Positions 37,246 to 45,723 are shown, counted from the first letter of the stretch. The stretch: DNA of 50,599 nucleotides from a virus (IMGVR_UViG_3300029179_000003:1-50599), one strand, 5' to 3'. A program made the numbers and translations. The notes: generated by a model not told the origin, from the letters alone.

Positions 37246-37982
37246 ATCTCTTTAGCCTTGTTATTCGCCAGTAGTAGGGTATCGAAGCTCTCGCCGCAGT
37301 CTCCCCACCATCCATCTATCTTATGGGCCTTCAGTCCATAGTCACTGGCTGTAGAGTTATTTCTATTCAGATAGAAGTTATTGAGATCTGTGATCTCAAG
37401 TTCTCCTCGCTTGGAAGGCTTTAAGCTTTGTACCCAAGTAAACACAGCATTATCATACATGTAAAGACCAATAGCTATCAAGTTCGATTTAGGATCTTGT
37501 GGCTTCTCCTCAATACTCTTGACGGCACCATCATCATCTATTTCTACTACACCATACCATTGTGGATTAGCAACCTCTGTCAAGAAGATCCTGGCCCCAT
37601 ATGGCCTCTTCCTGAAAGCCTCTACATGCTCCCCAAATGGTTTCTCCAGCACGTTGTCACCAAGCATCACACATACTTCTTTTCCATCAGCGAAGTCCTC
37701 AGCAAGGCTTAGGGCGTCAGCGATGCCTTTGGGATCTTTCTGATAGGTGTAGTGTAGTCTCTTCAGCCCGAATTCTTCTCCGTTGCCCAAGACCCTCAAG
37801 AACTCTCCTGCGGCGTTACCACCACAAACGATTAGGATGTCTTTGATGCCTGAATCCACCATTGATTGAATGGGGTAATAGATCATTGGCTTGTTATAGA
37901 CAGGCAACAGATGCTTATTTGTGACTTTCGTAAGCGGGTGGAGCCTTGTACCAAGACCACCAGCTAGAATAATTCCCTTCAT
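37236..37982 (-). CDS. rfbA: Glucose-1-phosphate thymidylyltransferase (short RmlA/SpsI type)
   Basis: MKGIILAGGLGTRLHPLTK..NKHLLPVYNKPMIYYP, LGDN, EEKP, and RGELEITD. Confidence 0.93.
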   Translation of the reverse strand: MKGIILAGGLGTRLHPLTKVTNKHLLPVYNKPMIYYPIQSMVDSGIKDILIVCGGNAAGEFLRVLGNGEEFGLKRLHYTYQKDPKGIADALSLAEDFADGKEVCVMLGDNVLEKPFGEHVEAFRKRPYGARIFLTEVANPQWYGVVEIDDDGAVKSIEEKPQDPKSNLIAIGLYMYDNAVFTWVQSLKPSKRGELEITDLNNFYLNRNNSTASDYGLKAHKIDGWWGDCGESFDTLLLANNKAKEIWK

Positions 37983-37988
37983 AGAACC

Positions 37989-38351
37989 TCACTTGAAAAA
38001 GACGTTAATCAACACGCCTGAGAAGATCAGGGCGAATGCTATGAGCTTCGTCCATGATGGAATCTCTCCCAGGTACATGTACAAGGCCAGAGCGGAGCCA
38101 AAGGCTCCCGCACCAGCCGCTAGTAGGTGGATCGTCCATCCGGTCAAGCCATTTGACATGCCGAATCTCCAGGCAGATGTGATGGCGAAGTTAGTGAACA
38201 GAATGGGGATCGAGAAAATGAAGAACCAGCAGTACAAATCTTGTAAGTAGCCGGTATTGTACTTCTGCATGTATCTGAAGATTCCAACAGATATCAATGG
38301 TATACAGAAGAATGTAGTAAGTATCCAGAGATAGCACAGTAGCAGCTTCAT
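37989..38351 (-). CDS. Small multi-pass membrane protein (DMT/SMR-like)
   Basis: About four hydrophobic segments. C-terminal LGE.PSW.KLI...LI..GV pattern. Confidence 0.65.
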   Translation of the reverse strand: MKLLLCYLWILTTFFCIPLISVGIFRYMQKYNTGYLQDLYCWFFIFSIPILFTNFAITSAWRFGMSNGLTGWTIHLLAAGAGAFGSALALYMYLGEIPSWTKLIAFALIFSGVLINVFFK

Positions 38352-38377
38352 AACCTATTAGAGTTACGAAGCTGTTT

Positions 38378-39421
38378 TTATGCACGAATTGCCTTCAATT
38401 TTGCCGCCGTGAACCCATCGTATCTCTTCTCATATTTCTTAATGTATTCACGGATTGTGGCTGGGTTCTTGGCCTGCAACAGGGCATTCCAGTCTTTGAA
38501 GCCTCTCGGTGGCCGAACGTAGTAGATCTCCCTGAAGCCGCACTCCAGCAGCTTGTTGCCGTTCTCAATCAGAGCTTCCCCGCCCGTGTCCATCTTGATG
38601 TTGTCTTCATCGTTATCGAACGCAAGAACAGGCACATAGGCTCTGATCTGCTCGATCTGGGACTGAGACATGGACTTGCCACCGAAGGCCGCAGAATGCA
38701 ATTCAGCCACGAACAAGCTGATGGTGTCGAACTCACCTTCTGTCAGGTAGATCTTCTGCCCTGGACGAGGCCAGTGCGGACAGTAGAGAACCTCCGTTTG
38801 TTTGAGCGTCTCGTCGTCGGGTTTCATATAGCGGAGGATGGATTTCTTGTCGCTCATGCTCCTGCCGTTGTAATAGATCAACTGACCATAGATGTCGATG
38901 TATGGGATGATGATTCTGTTCTTGTAATCCCCGCCCGTGCATACATATAACCCATCGGTAGGGATCTTCCTACTTTCAAGGTAGTTTGTCGCCTTTACCT
39001 TCCAAGAGTTCGTACAGGACATATGGTCGATGGAGTAGCAGAACGGAGGAAGCTCTAGAGCTTCCTTGGGTTCTTCGACTACTTCTACGATATCCTCTTT
39101 AGAGTTGAAAAAATCGTGAACTTGCTTCTCCAGGCTTCTGAGAGAAGTGGTTCCTGTGAGTAACTCTTCTGCCTCTTCGTAGCTGATCTTGTCTAGTTCA
39201 GCGACGAGTGAGATGAGGCTGCCTTTCTTGTCAGTGTACCAACACCGATAAGCGCCGCCGGACAATTCACGTTTGCCGCCCGAAGGATTCATCCACAAGT
39301 GAAACTTGCGGTCTTCGGTGAAGGGGGTATGTGTGAGGATCTCGTTTCCCTTCAGGCGGATGTTCTCATCGCCGAAGTGGCCGGTCGCCCATTTGAGAAA
39401 CGTATCGAAGTCAATAGCCAT
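38378..39421 (-). CDS. DNA primase (gp61/DnaG-type TOPRIM)
   Basis: YLESRKI, RIIIP, YYNGR, LTEGEFD, AFDND and KDWN motifs. Confidence 0.9.
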   Translation of the reverse strand: MAIDFDTFLKWATGHFGDENIRLKGNEILTHTPFTEDRKFHLWMNPSGGKRELSGGAYRCWYTDKKGSLISLVAELDKISYEEAEELLTGTTSLRSLEKQVHDFFNSKEDIVEVVEEPKEALELPPFCYSIDHMSCTNSWKVKATNYLESRKIPTDGLYVCTGGDYKNRIIIPYIDIYGQLIYYNGRSMSDKKSILRYMKPDDETLKQTEVLYCPHWPRPGQKIYLTEGEFDTISLFVAELHSAAFGGKSMSQSQIEQIRAYVPVLAFDNDEDNIKMDTGGEALIENGNKLLECGFREIYYVRPPRGFKDWNALLQAKNPATIREYIKKYEKRYDGFTAAKLKAIRA

Positions 39422-39489
39422 TTGGCACCTCTAGTTGATTTCGTGTGGACTTAGTTTAGCGATTTTACTATATTAGTCAAGCTAAGGTT

Positions 39490-40335
39490 ATGTACGAAGG
39501 ACAACTAATGAACATAGAACATATTTCGGTATCGAGGGCCAAAACATACAAGCAATGCAAGTATCTGTACAAGCTCAAGTACCACGAGAAGATCGTCAAT
39601 CCGGGTGAGGAGCAGTTCCATTTCACCTACGGCAAGATCGTACACAAGATCGCCGAAATGTATGTGCAAGAGAAAGCTGCTCGTTCTCTTGGTGAAATCT
39701 CAACTGACGTTTTGCGTGGAAAGGTTGAGTACGAAGAAGGTAAGAAGGCTCCCCCACTTCCAAGCGACTACAAGAAGCGAATGCCCGGTCATCTCAAGGC
39801 TATCCAGAAGATCACAGAATCAACTGGTACTGGTGGTGAGTTAGAATACAAGTTCAGATACGACCTTGATCCTCCCAACGAGAAGTTCGTGACTGGCTTC
39901 ATTGACAGACTCATCATCAAAGAAGATCCCACAACAGGCGAGAAGCACTGCTGGATCATCGACTACAAGACCACCAAGAAGGGTAAGTGGCGTGAGACTA
40001 AGGAGTCCATTGTCTATGACCCTCAGTTACGCTGCTATGCACGAGTGGTGAATAGAGAATTCGGTGTTCCCGCTGCCAACATCAAGTGTGCCTTGTACTA
40101 CCTTGAGGGTGGCGACCTACTGGCCGCTAAGTACAGCAATGAATCTTTGGTGAATATCGAGAAAGAGTTGCTGGACGTATACAACGAGATCGCTGGTACT
40201 GACCCCGAGAAAGTATGGGGATCAGTAGGAGAACATTGCAACAGGTGCGATTACAAGGAGATATGTCCCTTTGTACGCAAGGTTGACAATTGGGACGGCG
40301 ATATGTCTTCTTTTAGCCTTCCGGTGATTGGATGA
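39490..40335 (+). CDS. PD-(D/E)xK Cas4/RecB-like exonuclease
   Basis: S.S....Y.QC, GKIVH, GFIDRL, IIDYKT, QLRCY and CNRCDYKEICP (four-Cys cluster). Alternative start at 39508. Confidence 0.9.
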   Translation: MYEGQLMNIEHISVSRAKTYKQCKYLYKLKYHEKIVNPGEEQFHFTYGKIVHKIAEMYVQEKAARSLGEISTDVLRGKVEYEEGKKAPPLPSDYKKRMPGHLKAIQKITESTGTGGELEYKFRYDLDPPNEKFVTGFIDRLIIKEDPTTGEKHCWIIDYKTTKKGKWRETKESIVYDPQLRCYARVVNREFGVPAANIKCALYYLEGGDLLAAKYSNESLVNIEKELLDVYNEIAGTDPEKVWGSVGEHCNRCDYKEICPFVRKVDNWDGDMSSFSLPVIG

Positions 40336-41348
40336 AAGTAATCATAGCAACAGACACATGGGAGCCAAGTATCAATGGCGTCGTAAGATCCCTACGCATG
40401 ACCAAGGAGTCTCTTGAAAAGAAGGGACACGAAGTCATCGTACTTCACCCTGGATTGTGTAAGAGCATCCCATTCCCCTGGTATCCAGACGTGGATATGG
40501 TGTGGTACATGAGCAAGATGCTTATCGAGAAGTCAATACAGCCGCCTTGCGCTGTGCATATTGCCTCTGAAGGGCCGCTGGGACTCAAGGTAGCCAACTA
40601 CTGCTATAAGCGTAACATTCCGTATACTACTTCTTACCACACGAACTTTCCCGACTACTTCTGGGAACATGCATACATACCGCCGTGGTTGACCTACTGG
40701 TATATGAGGAGGTTCCACGGGAAGTCGAAGAGAGTTCTTACAAGGACACAAAGCACATTACAAAAGTTGGAACAGAAAGGCTTCAAAGCCCCTATGGTTG
40801 TGTGGCCCGGTGGCGTAGACACAACTATGTTCTATCCGAGGCCCAAGAAAGGACTCAAGCAGATAGCTCTATATGTAGGACGAGTATCCTACGAGAAGGG
40901 CATCGAAGACTTCTTGAAAACCAAGGGGAACTATGATAAATGGGTGGTTGGTGATGGTCCCTATCTAGCGACCTTCAAAGAAAAATACCCAGATGCCAAA
41001 TACTTCGGTTTCCTTCGTGGAGAAGCGCTGGCTGAGGTGTATGCTCAGGCTGACGTATTTGTATTTCCATCTAAGACCGATACATTCGGTTTAGTGATGG
41101 TAGAGGCATTGGCGTCAGGGGTTCCGGTGGCTGCTTATCCGGTTGAAGGCCCAAGAGACATTATTGAGAACAACAGAGGTATCGGTCATCTATCGGAGAA
41201 CCTCCAAGAGGCCATAGATGAGACGTTGAAGTACGGGGATCTGGAGGCGAGTGTCAATTGGGCAAAGCGGTTCGATTGGGATATCTGTACAGATGTATTC
41301 TATAACAACTTGGTGATATATGAAGGTGATCATAGCAGGCAGTCGTGA
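40332..41348 (+). CDS. Glycosyltransferase family 4 (GT-B)
   Basis: TDTWEP.INGV, HIASEGPLG, YVGRVSYEK and FVFPSKTDTFGLVMVEALASGVPV. Confidence 0.93.
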   Translation: MKVIIATDTWEPSINGVVRSLRMTKESLEKKGHEVIVLHPGLCKSIPFPWYPDVDMVWYMSKMLIEKSIQPPCAVHIASEGPLGLKVANYCYKRNIPYTTSYHTNFPDYFWEHAYIPPWLTYWYMRRFHGKSKRVLTRTQSTLQKLEQKGFKAPMVVWPGGVDTTMFYPRPKKGLKQIALYVGRVSYEKGIEDFLKTKGNYDKWVVGDGPYLATFKEKYPDAKYFGFLRGEALAEVYAQADVFVFPSKTDTFGLVMVEALASGVPVAAYPVEGPRDIIENNRGIGHLSENLQEAIDETLKYGDLEASVNWAKRFDWDICTDVFYNNLVIYEGDHSRQS

Positions 41349-41715
41349 TATAACGGACATGGATCATGTAGTCGAGGCTGTGAAGCAGTCCGGTTACGAG
41401 ATTACAGAAGTTGTAACGGGCATGGCGAGAGGTGTAGATACTCTAGCAGAGCAGTATGGGTTTGACAAACACCTCAACATCCAACGATTTGAGGCAAAGT
41501 GGAATCAGTTCGGTAAGTTGGCGGGGCGAATCAGGAACATAGAAATGGCTGTATATGCTGAAGCCCTGATCGCAGTATGGGACGGAAAGTCTACAGGTAC
41601 TCGACATATGATTGAGAAGGCACTAGAGAAAGGTTTGAAGGTATATGTCTACAGAGCAGACACCCGCACGGGTGAGCATAAATGCTCGCTTTCTGGAGGA
41701 AGCGAGACAACTTGA
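41320..41715 (+). CDS. SLOG-family YspA/DUF2493-like protein
   Basis: KVIIAGSR, VVTGMARGVD, AGRIRN..M and WDGKSTGT.HMI. Confidence 0.88.
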   Translation: MKVIIAGSRDITDMDHVVEAVKQSGYEITEVVTGMARGVDTLAEQYGFDKHLNIQRFEAKWNQFGKLAGRIRNIEMAVYAEALIAVWDGKSTGTRHMIEKALEKGLKVYVYRADTRTGEHKCSLSGGSETT

Positions 41716-42007
41716 AGCACGTTGGGCCAAACATAAGCCCAACTTCATTGGTTCAGATAGAAAGTGGGAGCGTGCCCATACAGCCGTCTTACTAGAGAAT
41801 CAGCGGCTCATCAATGAGCGACAAGTTGATACAATTGACTTAACGAAGTTCAGGAGAATCAATATACCTCTTCATGGTCGTCGTGGTAGATCTCCTGCTC
41901 GTTGGAGCGATCCAACCTACGGTGGGCCTGGATGGAATGAGCCGTTGACAGGCTGGCATAAGAAAAAAGAAAAGGAAGAAGTCAACTGGCTGAAAGAGGG
42001 GTTCTAG
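41645..42007 (+). CDS. gp23-like capsid N-terminal fragment with C-terminal WLKEGF tag
   Basis: NARFLEEARQLEARW...TAVLLENQRLINE..VDT.DL.KFRRI.IPL. Confidence 0.7.
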   Translation: MSTEQTPARVSINARFLEEARQLEARWAKHKPNFIGSDRKWERAHTAVLLENQRLINERQVDTIDLTKFRRINIPLHGRRGRSPARWSDPTYGGPGWNEPLTGWHKKKEKEEVNWLKEGF

Positions 42008-42294
42008 TGATCGAGCAACCGGAGCTATTGAAAGAACAGGTCATTGATGAGATGATGATGTTCATTCGGATAGGGTTGGACGAACAGACGACATTTTCTA
42101 TGGATGATACGCCTGAGTTGGACAAGAACTCACGACCGATCCTTGAAAAGAAGGATCTGTGGGACTTGATCGTTATGTCGAAGTACATGCGAGAGCAGTT
42201 GTACCAATTTCAACCAGAACTTCAGCGTAGGTGGTACGATAGTTTCATCGAGCCGCCGGAACCAGAGAAATACGATTTGAAGGAGGGATTCTAA
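42007..42294 (+). CDS. Hypothetical protein with C-terminal DLKEGF tag
   Basis: GTG start overlapping the previous stop. Coupled on both sides. Confidence 0.7.
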   Translation: MIEQPELLKEQVIDEMMMFIRIGLDEQTTFSMDDTPELDKNSRPILEKKDLWDLIVMSKYMREQLYQFQPELQRRWYDSFIEPPEPEKYDLKEGF

Positions 42295-43163
42295 TGGACA
42301 TGATAATTGAGACGGACATCGGGCACGATCCTGACGATTTCTTCGCCTTGTGCTATCTGCACAGCGTAGGCGTCAACATCAGGGCGATCCTGATCTGTCC
42401 GGGCGACCCGGATCAGGTGGCGATTGCGAGATTCTTCTGCGATCAGGTGGGCCTTTACTGTCCTATTGGAGCTAGCAAGTTGGGCAGAAGTAAGCTGTCA
42501 TCTGGATCAATTCATCACGACATGATGAAGAAGTACGGCTACAAGCTGGAGTCGAATCCATCCGGGTTGGGCACTGACATCTTGAAGGATGTGTTCAAGG
42601 ATTACCCGGACAGCGAGTTGTTCATCATTGGCCCTGCGGCGAGCCTGGGAGCGTGGCTAAAGGCGCACCCGAACCAGTTCGTCAATCGGGCTACGATGCA
42701 GGGAGGGTTCTGTGGGTATCACCTACATCAGTACCCGGTGCGGCGTCTGCCTCAGTTTGAGGGCAAGATGTGGATGCCTACTTTCAACTTGAACGGTGAC
42801 AGGCCGGGCGGACAGGCGTTCTTGGATGCTTACATCAAGGAGCGGCGGTTTGTGGGGAAGAACGTGTGTCATACTGTGGTGTATGAAAAACATCACTACG
42901 AACAGATGACGACGCCGAAAACGAGATCTGGGGAACTGTTCATGGAGGCGATGGGGATGTACTTGGAGCGGCACGATGGCAAGAAGTTCCACGATCCTAC
43001 GGCTGCTGTGTGTCATCTACACCCTGAGATCGGTACTTGGCTGTGGGGCCGGGTGAAGAAGATCGAGGGAGGCTGGGGTACGGTCCTGCACGAGACGGGC
43101 GATTGGGTGTTGGCTGACATCGACTACGATAAGCTGTGGGAACACATATACGAATGGAAGTAA
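42294..43163 (+). CDS. Inosine/uridine-preferring nucleoside hydrolase-like protein
   Basis: IIETDIGHDPDD, IGP, MQGG, TFN and HDP motifs. Confidence 0.82.
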   Translation: MDMIIETDIGHDPDDFFALCYLHSVGVNIRAILICPGDPDQVAIARFFCDQVGLYCPIGASKLGRSKLSSGSIHHDMMKKYGYKLESNPSGLGTDILKDVFKDYPDSELFIIGPAASLGAWLKAHPNQFVNRATMQGGFCGYHLHQYPVRRLPQFEGKMWMPTFNLNGDRPGGQAFLDAYIKERRFVGKNVCHTVVYEKHHYEQMTTPKTRSGELFMEAMGMYLERHDGKKFHDPTAAVCHLHPEIGTWLWGRVKKIEGGWGTVLHETGDWVLADIDYDKLWEHIYEWK

Positions 43164-43175
43164 GACGAGGATCTA

Positions 43176-43475
43176 ATGAAAACGATCATTCACGTAAATA
43201 TGCACGTCATCAAGAAGAACCATAAGACCGGGGCAAGAGATCCGGTTTTGACGGTGAAGACGTATAAGGAAAACAAGTACGCCCACGAAGTCGAGATTCG
43301 TGGGCCTAGTAGAGTGATATACAACTCAGACAAGCCGCTTCCGTGCGGCGCTCGCTGTTGGATTGAGACGGAGTCGGAGGTTATTTGCCACCCGGCAGAG
43401 GGATGTAGTCCTGCGGCCACTTGTGCTGCGGATTGTTCCGGTCCACAATCGGAATCCGGCGAGGCAAATCGATAG
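43176..43475 (+). CDS. Conserved phage hypothetical protein
   Basis: IHVN.H.I..N.K.G...PVLTVK......YAHEV.I.GPS..IY...PL.CGAR.WIET. GAGGA RBS. Confidence 0.75.
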   Translation: MKTIIHVNMHVIKKNHKTGARDPVLTVKTYKENKYAHEVEIRGPSRVIYNSDKPLPCGARCWIETESEVICHPAEGCSPAATCAADCSGPQSESGEANR

Positions 43476-44364
43476 TTGGTTTCGCATCGTTGAGCCAACC
43501 ATAGCCATTCTGTTCGTTCATGAGTCTGATGGTTGATAACGGGGTGAAGAGTCCGATGCCGTTACCGGATACATCAGATGTTCCCCAGCATATGCCAACA
43601 TAGAATCCATCATCAGACATAAGGCCACCGCCAGAACGACCAGGGCGAGGGCTATTGTTTTTCGTTACTAGATCAGTCCATGAGCCTGGATCGGCAAAGG
43701 ATGTGATCTGTCCTAACACATTACGTAGTGGTCTGCTGCCTACCCCTTGTTCTCCTACAACTTCTACGTCATAGTGTGCTACTTCTCTGCCGCCGTCACA
43801 GCCGCAGGAGTGAAGTTTCGTGCCTTTCGGTAATGGATAGCCGGCCTTGGCTATCGGGAAGTAGTTTGGCACCCAATCTGGCTTGAAGCGTAGCAGGCTA
43901 CTGTCTTTGCCACGGGTGTTGTAGTACCATAAGACTTCTGCTTTATAGGTCTTCGTTGAGTCTAACTTCTTGTCATTATGATACCATGTTATTACTTGGC
44001 ATTCGATCTTTCTTGACTTTCCTTCTTCCGCAGACATATTGCCATTCCAAAGATGTCCGCATGATTGCACATATGCATAACCGTCATCCGGGTTGAAAAA
44101 CACAATCGTTCCAGATCCAGAAGCTCTGCTTACACTTATCTTCAATGATGGTGCGAGCCATTTCTTGACTGCTTCACTTCTGTTTTCAAATGGTGCTATT
44201 CCAGAGCCATAGCTTGCCATTGGATGATCTTCGACAATCGGCATCCTGTCGATGATCTTGCTGAATCCTCTCCTTTCTTGTACAGGCTTCTCAAGTTTTA
44301 CGGCTAGCGCCCCTACGCACAGCATACTAACTACGAGGGACATGACTAATAGAAGCTTTTTCAT
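43381..44364 (-). CDS. Secreted trypsin-like serine protease
   Basis: Signal-peptide-like N-terminus. SGSGT, catalytic-type His in SCGH, Asp in KDSSLL and Ser in GRSGGG. GGAGG RBS. Confidence 0.82.
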   Translation of the reverse strand: MKKLLLVMSLVVSMLCVGALAVKLEKPVQERRGFSKIIDRMPIVEDHPMASYGSGIAPFENRSEAVKKWLAPSLKISVSRASGSGTIVFFNPDDGYAYVQSCGHLWNGNMSAEEGKSRKIECQVITWYHNDKKLDSTKTYKAEVLWYYNTRGKDSSLLRFKPDWVPNYFPIAKAGYPLPKGTKLHSCGCDGGREVAHYDVEVVGEQGVGSRPLRNVLGQITSFADPGSWTDLVTKNNSPRPGRSGGGLMSDDGFYVGICWGTSDVSGNGIGLFTPLSTIRLMNEQNGYGWLNDAKPTIDLPRRIPIVDRNNPQHKWPQDYIPLPGGK

Positions 44365-44434
44365 GAGCTTACCTCCATTGTTTCGCTACCCGTTACTATG
44401 TATAATTCAGGTATTCTAAAAACAGGAGGCTGTC

Positions 44435-44965
44435 ATGCCACTTACTCTGACCGTGCATCACACGATCCATCTGACCAAGGAACAGCGCTACTCTCTGCAC
44501 GCTGGAAATGACGTAGAGACTGTAGGAGTTTCACTTCCGATCTGGTGTGACAAGGACTGGACTTCAGAGCCAGGAATGGAGGTATTCTGTAAGTATGTGT
44601 TAAAGAACACGAAGAAAGAGATCCCCATCAGGACGACGCCGCATGGGTACGAGATTACTATCCCGGCCAAGGAGATGAAGCCTCCCAAACATGAGATCAG
44701 TAATGCAGATTTTTGGAGGATGTCTGAAGAGGAGCTTGATGCCCACTACCGGGAGCGAGGGCCGCAAGCGTCCTCAAAGAATCTGTTAGACCACAAAGAT
44801 GGCGGCTCGTTGTCACTCTGTTATAGAGAACACAACAAGATCAAGTACAATGGTACGATGTTGAACGTCGTACACTTCGTCAACTTGGAGGATATGGACA
44901 GGCTATTGACTAGCCTGGAAGATCCGACTACGTCTGCTCAGGTGGACAATCTCTTAGGCTCATAG
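44435..44965 (+). CDS. Hypothetical protein
   Basis: AGGAGG RBS with TATAAT upstream. Confidence 0.75.
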   Translation: MPLTLTVHHTIHLTKEQRYSLHAGNDVETVGVSLPIWCDKDWTSEPGMEVFCKYVLKNTKKEIPIRTTPHGYEITIPAKEMKPPKHEISNADFWRMSEEELDAHYRERGPQASSKNLLDHKDGGSLSLCYREHNKIKYNGTMLNVVHFVNLEDMDRLLTSLEDPTTSAQVDNLLGS

Positions 44966-45467
44966 CGATACGCATCGTGACTGAGTCACCGGCACTTACC
45001 GTTACAGGCACGCTAAACTTAGCTGTAGAAATCAATGCCCCAGAGTTATCTACCTTGTCTGTAACGAACAAGTTCTGTACCGGCCCCCACTGTCCTCCGG
45101 TGGCCTGGAAAGCCACGATGACGCTCACTGCTCTATAATGACCATCTTCTGACAGTACGACGGTGAAATCGCCGGCAGAGCTAACAGCCTGCCGGCTATA
45201 ACCGTTTGTACCCGGCTCACTGATGAGTGAATCCATACCGTCGATGTCTCTGAGCGTCTCACGGTTGTCGAGGCCCAGGTAGTAATGGCTTGGGATGACA
45301 GAGCTTACCTGTCCGCCGGCAAATGCGGCTCGCAGGATGAATGATTCACCATCTCTATGAAGTATGTTGAGAATGTTCTTCTCTTGCCAGATGATCTTGC
45401 CATCACGAATTTGTTGTATCTCCAGCACCTTCATGATGCCGTGCCAATTTTTGTGTTGCTTGTCCAT
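44928..45467 (-). CDS. Putative tail/baseplate-associated structural protein
   Basis: YYLGL...EP..NGYSRQ and F.ATGG.WGPV..LF......G.LI pattern of phage tail-fibre-type modules. Confidence 0.6.
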   Translation of the reverse strand: MDKQHKNWHGIMKVLEIQQIRDGKIIWQEKNILNILHRDGESFILRAAFAGGQVSSVIPSHYYLGLDNRETLRDIDGMDSLISEPGTNGYSRQAVSSAGDFTVVLSEDGHYRAVSVIVAFQATGGQWGPVQNLFVTDKVDNSGALISTAKFSVPVTVSAGDSVTMRIAMSLRDCPPEQT

Positions 45468-45497
45468 AAACTAATATAGTACCCCCTACATATATCT

Positions 45498-45692
45498 ATG
45501 ACTTTCAAAGAGTGGATTTACATGGAGATTGGCGGCAATGGACCGATGGGGGAGCCGCCAAAACAGATGATCCCTATTACTGCTGTTCCTGGGATTTACA
45601 GCAAAGATGAGGAGCCGCCTAAGCCTGCGCCTACGCCAACCAAAGGATATGAGTGGACTAAGAGATACATGAAGAAGTGTAAGAAGAAATGA
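45498..45692 (+). CDS. Small protein with T4 capsid-targeting-like N-terminus
   Basis: MTFKEWIYME resembles MKT[YF][QK]EF[IL]xE. Promoter-like element upstream and terminator downstream. Confidence 0.65.
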   Translation: MTFKEWIYMEIGGNGPMGEPPKQMIPITAVPGIYSKDEEPPKPAPTPTKGYEWTKRYMKKCKKK

Positions 45693-45723
45693 CAAACGGG
45701 GGCTTTCGGCCCCCGTTTGCTTT
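45693..45723. terminator. Hairpin terminator between convergent genes, probably bidirectional
   Basis: CAAACGGGGGC-TTTCG-GCCCCCGTTTG, an 11-bp perfect stem. Confidence 0.85.

Noticed and set aside
39490-40335. Cas4 as evidence of a CRISPR-Cas locus
   Set aside because: No array or other cas genes are present. Stand-alone Cas4-like nucleases are common in phage replication regions.
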